Positions 13,158-25,100 of a stretch of DNA of 64,000 bases are shown piece after piece. Under the pieces are notes generated by a model. The model was given only the letters and a program-made list of their open reading frames with translations. It did no database searches and was not told the DNA's origin. How positions within the stretch are numbered: the first letter of the stretch is position 1; each line of letters starts with the position of its first letter. This stretch comes from Tubiluchus corallicola (lineage: Eukaryota > Animalia > Priapulida), in assembly GCA_030141605.1 (NCBI GenBank), contig JAQGDQ010000158.1, positions 372,001 through 436,000 on the forward strand, read 5' to 3'. The translations under genes and the position numbers were made by a program.

Positions 13158-16100
13158 ATGGCAAATGCTGATAGACCTCGCAGAAATGGTGCTACGCATA
13201 ATGTCAGTCAACCAGTTGGAACCACTGCAAAGCACAATGATGCCAGCAGCGATAGTGATGTTAAGGTAATTGATGTAACTATATACATATATATTGTTGG
13301 CATCCTTCTGTCTCGAAAGACAATGGATTGTGCGCCAAGAGAGTCAGTTATTAATCAAATTGATGGAGCTGCAGCGTCGACTGTGACTGAGCAGTCCGAT
13401 CCTTGAGCGGCAGTTACGGCTGCAGGTTGCACATAGGAAGGCTGTTTCATCCGGGTGAGGTAGGGCATCTTTCTGATGCCTGCGAGTCCTTTTATCCTCT
13501 TGTTTTGTCCTATATATATATACATATATAGATTAATATAATATAATATAATGTAAACATGTTAAGATAATTACATATTATAGGTAGGGTTAGGCCAGAT
13601 ACTCAACCAATTTTTGCCTTTTCTTTCTGTGCTCTTCAAAACTTGAAATTATAAACGGGTTGATTTTTATCTATTTCGTCTCATACCGTATGTTTATTAA
13701 ATAATACAATATACATTGCACAATTAATATAACTGTATTGACAGGGGCCTGCAAAAGACCTTATACAGGTCATCTTGCAGCCACCCCTATTTATAACCGT
13801 TACTATTAGAGTAAATTAATTAAGCGATGCTAATAGTGGATTATGAGAGATTTATAACTATATAAGCTTATAAGTAATCAACTGTATAATAAAATCATGT
13901 TAATAAAACAAAAACCATGTTAACACCAACATAATTAGCTAAACAACAACAAGTACTTTTCACAGTTCACTAGGCAGACAACATTAACAGTTAAAATTAC
14001 AATGATTACAATGTATTAAATTGAAGCAAGTTTCAAGCAGTGAGCAAGTTGCTAATTGGAATTATAATTCCTATCAAAATGTAAGAGGTAAGTACATACT
14101 TTTTATAATTATGTTCTTGTTTTACAAATGACGCTAGTTTTTCATACTAGGCTAGACCTTGGATATGTATGACATATAGTAAGTCCTCACTTAACTACGC
14201 TAATGCTTTCCAGTGGGAATTTTATCTAGATATTTAGTGTGGTTGCTGTAGCAACAGGTGGCAGGCAAAATTTCTTGGCATAAATTCATTATCAGGCCTC
14301 GATTGATTCAAACGGCTAGTTGTCAGCCACGAAGCAAAACATATACTTGTATAATAATTGCACTGTTTGTGTTACTAGTGCATCTTTACAACAGAATAAG
14401 GAAACATGTACTGTTTTAGTGAATAAAATTAGATAAAAAATTTGTTGATAAAATAAAAATTGGCTTTGAGCAAAGTAAAAAATCGTCGTTAAAACGAAAC
14501 GTGCGTTAAGTGAGAAAAAGGTGTGAAATGTTCAGTGTCGTAAAAACGAAACATCACTAAACGGGAAGTCATTAAGCGATGACTTACTGTACTACTTTCT
14601 TAATATTATTAGAAATAAATCAAAATTATAGTTGCAGAATAATCATGAAACACTTAGATTGGAACACGGGGTAATTCCTTGTCAAATTAGAGCTCGAATT
14701 AATAGTCTCCAGGTGACCATCTCAGATTTGCTTGAAAAGATTCTCAGAAATACTTCAGTACCGGTGATGAATCTAGTTCTTGAGTTACTAGGTTTTTAAA
14801 ATAAGGTGTATGCTATTTATTTTTATCGCGACTGCCCAATTTTCATTTTGGCACGTATGAGCTTCCATATCTTGAAAAATAAATGTTGTATGGAGCTAAA
14901 TGTGTGCACTATGTGTAACCTGCATCTGAATTTCATCTTTGAAGTGTCTGATTATCTTACATGGTTTTTCACTTCAAATTACAATTACATATTTTCAGAA
15001 TCATCAGCATAGAAGCCATTCAAATTTTTGCGGTGCGAAGTACGCTGATGTGTCTACTTGTGGTCCTGTTTTCAGCTTTAAGCCAAACTTCCTTCTATAC
15101 TGATAGACCTTCTATTATTACCACATTCGAGATTTGTAATTTATAAACAAAAAAAATAGAATCTAAATTCATTTATTAAGCAATGAATAAGTAATATTTC
15201 TAGGCCATGTTTATTAGAAATGTTTACGAAAACTTAAAATACATTGTTGTTGATTGATACAGTACATAATTATGTATAATACCTAAATAAATTAAAAAGT
15301 TTTAAACTAAACTGTCACATATGATAATAAATAAATTTCAGCAATAAGTGATCAATTGCTGAATTTTACAGAGTTAGACCATCTGTAGTCCAAGTCAGAA
15401 ATGAACTCTTGTGTATCTGCTTTGTGCAAAAAATGGGGAGAATCACCTACTACCGTATTTTCCCGTGTATAAGAGACCCTTGTGTATAAGAGACCCCTTC
15501 AATTTTTAGGCAAAAATTCTGGAAAAAAGTTTTTTCAGACGGACATTTTTAGAGGGTAGAGTACAACTTTTTTCAACTCAGTGCGGTACTGAAAACAAAA
15601 TAAAACCAGTTAATGTGTTGTAGAAAAAGAGTACTGGTATATATTAAAGTGCGTACCTGCAAACCTGTAACAGGAAAGGAGATAATGCCTGTGTCACGAT
15701 GCTTGTATTGCTTACAACCGCTTCATAGTCGAACGCGACACGCAAAACAGTTGTAGAGCACTTATTTCTTTAAAATCATTAGTGTCACAATTTATGCATC
15801 TTATTGAAAAGACTTACTCCCATGTATAAGAGACCCCCTATTTTTAAAGTGAAAATTCTGAGCAAAAAAGGGTCTCTTATACACGGGAAAATACGGTAAT
15901 TCATAAGTTATGACCTATAATAATTTATAAATGAACTAATCAGTTATTATTATAGTCAATTATATGATGCATATATATATATATTTGCTGCATGATTCTG
16001 TTGCTCTAGGTTAATTAACTCAAGTAAAATACTAGAGTTTTCTGGTAGTTAAAACTGCTACAAATCAAGCATTTGCCTTTATTAATAAAGGTTCAACTGT

Positions 16101-19100
16101 TAGTGTATAATAGCAAAGATAATAGCACAATATAATATATCATTAATATCAAAAATAATAGCGTGGTTTATTAGTTAACATTTCTGTTGTTTTCTGTACG
16201 TTGACATTTTTCTCAAGTGGCAGCACTGCAACTTCTCTATGTCTTTGTTAAATAATCATGTTTTTGTATTTTGTTTAGGTTGTTTCATCATTTGATTGGT
16301 TGAAGCCTATAAAGAACTCGATAACTTACAATGCCCATCGAGCGAGGGAAGAGAGGCAAAGACAGAAGATGAAACAAGCACTCACAGGTGATTAGTTACC
16401 AGAAGTTATGTTGTAAAGAGAAAGCTATGAAATCATTTGCAATAGAACATTGTCATCACGATATTATCACTTTCATCGTCATTGTCTTCAATATCATTGT
16501 CCTTTGCATCTTCATCATCACAATCACCTGCATAATTATTATCTTTGTCAACATCTATAATAGCAAAAATATAAAAAAACAGCTTAGCTTCATGGCCATT
16601 TTTAAAAGTGTACATTGACCATCGTTGTCTTTATTGTTGTTGTCATCACCATCATCAAAATCAATTCTATCAATGTTATCACTGTCATCATCATCGTTGT
16701 CATATTCATTATTCATCTTTTGCTAATAATGACAATGATGCTGTCTAATTTGAAATTTGTCACTAAAAGCCTGGCTGTTTTGTGTATGAATGAATGTTAT
16801 CCCAGTGAGAAACTTTGTAACTTTGTTATATGAGAGCTCTTTACTGTGCATTGTTTTAAGCATCCCATACTGTCCAAGATGAAAATCTCTTGCTACCTTT
16901 ACATTCACGAGTACTCTTTACTGTGCATTGTTCTTAAGTGTCCCATACTCTCCAAGATGAAAATCTACCTTTACATTCACGAGTACTCTTTACTGTGCAT
17001 TGTTCTTAAGTGTCCCATACTCTCCAAGATGAAAATTTCTTGCTCCCACTTCCGGTTCTTACACCTCGTTTACATTACACACTAGTAAATTGGTGCCGAT
17101 GAGGTACGTGTCAACACTTCTGCAACATTGCAAAGTTTTGCTTGCTAAGAACAATTTAGAACAGCACATAAAGAACCTGATCCCAAAGACTTCTTAGACG
17201 TTAGTAAGCAGTACATTTATCTAGTAAAATGCTTTGGTTCATTGCACTACCTGTTGCATTAGCACATACATGTTTGACATCATACATTTTTCTTTTATCT
17301 AAAACAAAATTGTATAATATTTCCTTTTTCGTAACAAATTGTAGTTACTGCTTGTAATTGTCACCAATTGTGTTCATTGTTTACAGTCCTGTTTGCAAGT
17401 TTGGAAACAGGTTTGTTAGTTTGCAAGTATTTTCCGTAAATTTCTGGCACAAATTAGTTCCAGACATTGTTGCATCAATTACATTGTTATTTGTAAGTTG
17501 CATTGTTCATAATTTTTAACAATCTTGCAAAGAAACTTTAATTCTACATTTCATTTTCTAAACTTATTTTTCTGTTTTAATTTTTTTTCAGAAGCAGGGG
17601 TGTATGAAGAAAATATGACTCTGGATTGTATGAAGACTGTTCACGTAGGTTTTTACCACTCAGTACCTTCAATCAGACGATTTTTGCATGAAATTTATGT
17701 TGCATTTTTTAACGCTTTTGACGTTTTGAAATTGATATTTTGATCGTGAATTCAGATTTGTGGAGGTTAAATTTGCTTGAACATAAATTAAAATGCAATT
17801 TTAGTAACTGTTCAAAATGGCGTTATAAACATTGCATGCAACAAGGAAAGCAAGTTAGGAAATAACCGTGTTATGTTATGTTATGTTATTAAATGTTATC
17901 AAATAAATTATGGTATTAACTAATAACTTGAGGTGGAATCACTAAATTGAACAGGCCCAACATGCTATTTTTTTTAATGCATAGGTGCCTGTTTCATATT
18001 GTATTTTGCTCAGAACAGTGATAGAGTTAAACTCTGTGGCATGTGTGAATTTTAAATATCTTTTGTGATTAATAATATAATGTGTTAAGAAGGCAGTGCA
18101 TCATTTGAAGAATGTTAGAGCTCTGTTTATTGGAAACTTGAACCTTTTTATAGTTAGTTTATTAACTGTAACTCTACATAATTACATAATACAGTATAAC
18201 ATTGGTAACTAGAAAATTAAATATAGTCCAATAAGAACATTATCAGAATGTCACTTCACGAACTGACGTGTAACAAACATGAGAGTAATTTCTATCAATT
18301 TCTATTCATAAGGAAATTATGGCAGGATTTTAGTTCGACAAAAGTGAGCCTATTGTTAGTATAACACAAACCATTTGGTAAATAAGTACAATACTTTATA
18401 ACAAATTTTAAATGCGTGATCATTTTCAAGTACTGCGGTAATATTAGAAAATTCAACATTCGTGAACTAATTTCTAACGTTTTAGGTTTTTTGCATTTTT
18501 GAAACATGGTTTTTGAGCTGGACAGCACCATATTCACACAGCCTGTTTTTAGCTCCATCTTCCCGTCTTGCTTTTTAATCATGCTGTTGTAAATGCATTT
18601 CTGCTTTGTTATTTTGAACATTACTATAATGCTACTATTTTTGCAGCGCTTCATTGAGGAGTCAAAGGCGGCACAGCAGAAACATGTTAATGAAAAGGAA
18701 CAGTTAGCAAAAGCCAAGTCTGACAGTCAGCCGTCCAACAACCAAACTAAGGTAAATGCCTTTCAGTATTTCATAAAAATAATCCATGAGTTAACGATGC
18801 TAAACGTATGTGTTTGGATGTAAATAATCTTACTTTCAATTAAAATCTTAAAACAAAAACAGAATGCTTGGAACACTTGTTACTTAATTCTTTTAATGCT
18901 TTAATTGAGTGTAGGCTATATTATTACTTTATCATCATGGTCTTTGTATTATTTAAAGCATTATTGAAATTCTGTACCACCAAGACCCATTTTATAATTT
19001 TATAATTACTAAGCTAGTCATTATTAATAAATCCAAAGTTTTTTCATCTGATTGCATGTGTTCCGACTGATGCATTGAAGCATTTCCTTTCATATGTTTC

Positions 19101-22100
19101 TGTTAAAACTTTGAATTTTGTTTACTGCTTTTTTTTCTTATTATGCACAAACATTTACTGAACTGAGTAATTATTTTCTGACTGACTTTGTAGGAGATTA
19201 CCATTTCTTTGACTCTTAATGCATTTGCTTTTCTGTAGGTGAGCAGTGTTGTGAAGGGCCACACTATTAATGAAGCATTAGGCCTTCTTAAAAAGAAGCC
19301 ACCATTACAGTTGTAAGTATTGCTTTCATTAGTATGTTATATTTTGAAGTATATTGCACTGTAAAATAAATTTTAAGTTCAGTGTGCAACATTTGAAAGA
19401 AGCAAGTAAATTGGAAATGCCTCGCATGAATTACCACTTTTAGTGTGAGAAGGAATGTTGTCCTTGATGCAACTTTTTTTAATGATCTTCGGAACAATTT
19501 TGTTCATATGATAACTCTTGCAAAGCATCTCAGAGTTACACAATGTATTTCAAGCTTCTTAATCTACGAAATTTCATAAACTGCATCTAGAATATGTCCA
19601 GAGAATGACTGCAATCATTTTAAAGTGATTTTACGTAAAAACCTTTCAGCTTTTGTCAGCAGGTGTCTAAATTCAAATAGTGAAGTCATATGTAGTTTTA
19701 TTCCGAATACTGATGTCATTTTAATATGAAATTTTACCCATTGGGAATATCCCCTAATCCTCTGTTGTTTGTATAAATATTTATTTTTATTTGTCTTGCA
19801 GTAATTTTAGATGATGATTTTTAATTAAGTCTTTTACTGTTCCATGGTACTTGTTATGTACTGAAAAAAAAGTGAAATAAATAATAAACAATAAATAATA
19901 ATAATAAATTGTTTCATAAAGTTACATTAGATCTCTTGATAAATGCCACTCAAGAGCATAGGTGTACGGGCCGAATTTTCCAGGGGGCTGAGCCACCCCG
20001 CAGAATTCAGTGCCGACTGGATTTACCTCACCTACCGTGATTAAAAAAATGCCCGGGTTTCCGGCACTTCACATGCTGGCAGGAAGAAATTTCGAGATTT
20101 CCTTTAACGAAAAATATTATTTTATTTTTTTATCATTTAGCGGGTGCGCGAAAAATTTGACGATTGCCTGAAAAAAATGTGTTTGCCCGAATCCAGGAGG
20201 CTGCAGCCCACAGCCCTTCTGACTCGTACGCCTATGCTCAAGAGTTTTCTTACGAACTTTGTAAGGTTTTGTTTAAGATCGTTCTTACAAATGCTGTGAT
20301 CAGAGTTAGACAATCGTCATTCGATCTGAACATTGCTCTGACTGGATTGCATTAAGGTTATAATGCTTGAAATTGGACAATTTCTGGTCAGCAGAAATGT
20401 ACTAAAATGCTTTGGTCTAGTTCATACCTCTTAGAAAAATTACAAACATTTTTGAAAAGAGAATATACAAAAACAAAATTAATTTACCTTCGTTCATTTA
20501 ACAGACAACATTTGCACTAACGGCTGTTTACCGACTTACACTTACCAACAATACAGGTAAGGATGCAACACACAAATAAAATGTAGGGTATATGCCCTGA
20601 CATTGGCAGACGCTAGTATCGAACTCAAGTCTGCGTGGTTGCAGTCCGAAATCTAATCCACTCGGTCACACATCCAAGGACAACATTTTTGTTCCATTTT
20701 AGAACATCTACGGCAACAAAAAGAAACAAAGTCGTCACTCCTGCTGTTGTAGAAAATGGTCGGCTGTCTTGTCGGAATAACGTGTCTTTGGAAGCTGAAG
20801 GTAACAAAGCAATCACGCACAGAGAAAACTGCAGCACTGAGTTTGTAACGACTGCTAGTTCACACCAAACAACTAAGACTATTGCTCAGGTATTGGCATG
20901 TTGTTGGATGAAAAATGCTTATATTCATTTTAACAGTTGGTAATTTTTATAGGTAATTAGTGCACGCCAATTTGCCAATTAATGCACCATTTTGCAGTCG
21001 TGTGATTTTTGGCAGACTATGTATTATGCTGTTTTACTTTACCGCCATTTGTGTATGATTGTTTTTGCTTCTTTCTAACTGTTCAAAAATAAACATTTTT
21101 GCAAGAACTGTGAATGGGTTAATTCACTTTAGTTTGAACACTACGTGGGATGTTCATGTTTTTTCGACGTCCTCGTTTACCATCTCATCTTGCGCTGCCT
21201 CGCAGCAAATTGCGCCCAAGTGCCTGATGAAGTGGTACGTGGCACACAGTACATGGCAAGGAAGTACAAGGCGAGGCAGTACATGGCATCGCAGTGTACG
21301 TGAACATGTGTAGTACACATCAATCTTTCCATAACTTTTGGATAATGATTTAAAATCAGACTTGGTGTTAAAACCGATTAAATTTTAGTTATTTCCAGGC
21401 CGGACTTGGATATTTAAATCTATTTTCAAATCAGACTATGATGTCAAAACCTACTCTATACTATGGTGTCTAATTCCCTATAACATCACCAGCGCTTACC
21501 TAAACTTTGTTATAGTAATAAATTGTGTATATAGTTTATTAGCACTTATGTAACTACTGATCGAATTTACTTGTGTTAATTTTCTTTTATTATAGTATGT
21601 AAACCGTGCAAATTTCATTATATTATATTATAATGACAATAAATTGCTTGCTTACTTACTTAGTATACTACCCTTGAAAAGCTCTGCTACAATATACTAC
21701 CCTGATGGGCGTAGGCATATTGTTCAGGAATTCTCGTCATCAGTTTGATACTGAAAGATGATGTGCTTCTCGAATGATGTCAGTTTTAAACCAAAATGAT
21801 AGTTGGGAATTAAACCAAGTAGCACAGATATTCCGTCAGTTATTTAAAGCGAAGTAAACTTAATTTCAATCAATTATCGCTTATAAAGTAGTCATCTTAA
21901 ATAACCAACAAACTGATACACTGGATGAACCAATTGACATCTATTGAAGTAGCTTTAAGATGTTTACATAATAGCTGTCATAAAAGTAAACTACGTCACG
22001 CTCACCGATCTCCACGGTCATGCTTGCAAATTGTGGCCTAGCATGTTTACAAATCATTTGTTGCTACCATCTGCATTGACTAAAGATCTCCCACTTTGCT

Positions 22101-25100
22101 AAAAAACATTGGTTTAAATCCAGGGTATTCAGCTAGCATGACGACTTTACATCAGCCAGTCTTCTATGTCCTCATCTGTCAGTTAGGCATTCTTACGTGG
22201 CCTTTATAGGTATTAGGTAATAAACTAATTTGTCAATTTTGTATGTTAACTGCTCCGCTGCAGCTCCGCCCACATTTAGTCAAGGCAGTTAGGTTATAAA
22301 CAATGTGCTGTTATTCTTAAACAGGAATTCTGTTCTATGGAGCTGTGCTGCTGTAATGGTGGAATGTAGGTTAAAGCACTGCACTAATGGTGAAATTGGG
22401 CCTTTCTAACACTGCCATGTAGTTAGAAGGACTTTGCATTTGAAAGAGGAAGGTGTGAAAATCAAATTAACAAATATTTAGTCTTTGATTTCTGTTTTAG
22501 GCTACCAGAGTTCACCTGGCTGGCAACGAAAGCAGATTGGATGAAAGTTTTGCACATTTCAGGCTAGTTAACAAGTATAGACTAGGAAGAAAGGTAGGCT
22601 ATATTGTTTAACATTGTATACAAGAAGCTTCTCTGTAGTATTTTAATTCACCGTTGTTAGAGACATACTTGGAGATGTTTTATAGTGGCATCTGTGCATG
22701 CAGAAATGTAGCTGTTTTTGCAAAATAATGCTCTACTTATGCTTATGCCTTACTACAGCTACTGTGTCATTTCTTGATTTTACATGTGGTTCTTTATTAC
22801 CAGATTGCCACCTCTATTCTAGCATTGTTAATATCCCTTTAGATCATAATGGAATCAGAAAGAAGAGATTCTACTGTCTTATTGATACACGAACAACACA
22901 TTGTACTTACTAAAAGCATTCTTTTTTGTCATCAATCTGGTCTCGGTCCCCTGTTCCTCTGAAGGTTTTCCAGTCTGATCTGTGACCTGGCTTTTGCCTG
23001 TAAACAAAATTAGCTTGAATCTTTTCCTAGTAATTTTTTTGGCTTCACTATACCCTGCTGCACTTCTTCCTGTAAATTTTCTCATAATCATGGCTAAGTA
23101 TATGTTTGAGTTGTATATGTTTGAGAACGTTAATTGAATCAAGAATGTCTTAAATGCTTGTAAAAATGCTAATCACCGTTATTAAGAAATTGCACAACAA
23201 TAAAAAACTGCCTGCTAATGTTTTTCTGGGGCAAAGTACCGAACAGAATTATCAAAATTTTGCTTGATGCTAGCAAAGACAAATTTGTAATAGCAGCTGA
23301 ACAATCTGAGCAAATGAACTCACTTTTCATATCATAACAGTTTGCACTGTGAGTTTCAGCATTTTATGAATTTACTTTTGTGTAAATTTAGTATTTTGGT
23401 GTGACAACGATGTTTAATATGTTATTGATTTTTTTATATTGTTCGGCACATTTCAGCTGGTATCCAGCAGTTAACTACAGGGTCTACTGTTGATATTGAA
23501 GAGTTATGGCAGGACCAGAATTTAGTTCGTTATCAAGGATAATTCTCTGGCACTCGTTTGGACTCCTCCCTCAGCAAGGCAAATAGCCAGAGGTAGAATG
23601 GCAAATGAAACTGCCCAGAAACAGATTTCCTGGCAATCTGTTTACTAACCAAGCTCAGTGTTGCTTAAATTCATTTGCCATACGCACTCCGGAACCCAAT
23701 CATCTGTATACAGTCCTTTGGCTGTGCATCCAAAGTGTACAACTTTTGTAATGAAATGTCTTTTTGGGTGTCATAGTATGTTGGGCATCTGTGTCTTTGT
23801 TTATCTGGTTATTATACAATACAAGTGTCTCACAAATCACTGTACACATTTCATTTTGTGTTTTTTAACAAACAAAGTGAAACGTTTGAAAATTGGTACA
23901 GATAACTAAAACATTGGGCAGTTCTTTTGGTCAATTAGAGTCAAAATAATTGCTGCTCTAGTAGACTTTGCTATTCGTTGCCTTCTGCAGGGATCTCAAG
24001 AGTTTAGAGACCAATCCAATGGCATCTCAGGTGTCTTGCATTGAGACGGTCTCTCAGTCCATGAGTAGTGAGTGATGAAGGGCTGCAGCTTGTTGAAAAA
24101 CTACAATGTTAATACTGAGAGATTAGTGTGCTCCTTATTCTTGCATTGAGACGGTCTCTCAGTCCATGAGTAGTGAGTTACGAAGGGCTGCACCTTGTTG
24201 AAAAACTACAATGTTAATACTGAGAGATTAGTGTGCTCCTTTATCTTGCATTGAGACGGTCTTTCAGTCCATGAGTAGTGAGTTACGAAGGGCTGCACCT
24301 TGTTGAAAAACTACAATGTTAATACTGAGAGAATAGTGTGCTCCTTTATCTTGCATTGAGACGGTCTCTCAGTCCATGAGTAGTGAGTTACGAAGGGCTG
24401 CACCTTGTTGAAAAACTACAATGTTAATACTGAGAGAATAGTGTGCTCCTTTATCTTGCATTGAGACGGTCTCTCAGTCCATGAGTAGTGAGTGATGAAG
24501 GGCTGCAGCTTGTTGAAAAACTACAATGTTAATACTGAGAGAATAGTGTGCTCCTTTATCTTGCATTGAGACGGTCTCTCAGTCCATGAGTAGTGAGTGA
24601 TGAAGGGCTGCAGCTTGTTGAAAAACTACAATGTTAATACTGAGAGAATAGTGTGCTCCTTTATCTTGCATTGAGACGGTCTTTCAGTCCATGAGTAGTG
24701 AGTTACGAAGGGCTGCACCTTGTTGAAAAACTACAATGTTAATACTGAGAGAATAGTGTGCTCCTTATTCTTGCATTGAGACGGTCTTTCAGTCCATGAG
24801 TAGTGAGTTACGAAGGGCTGCACCTTGTTGAAAAACTACAATGTTAATACTGAGAGAATAGTGTGCTCCTTATTCTTGCATTGAGACGGTCTCTCAGTCC
24901 ATGAGTAGTGAGTTACGAAGGGCTGCACCTTGTTGAAAAACTACAATGTTAATACTGAGAGAATAGGGTGCTCCTTATTCTTGCATTGAGACAGTCTCTC
25001 AGTCCATGAGTAGTGAGTTACGAAGGGCTGCACCTTGTTGAAAAACTACAATGTTAATACTGAGAGATTAGTGTGCTCCTTTATCTTGCATTGAGACGGT

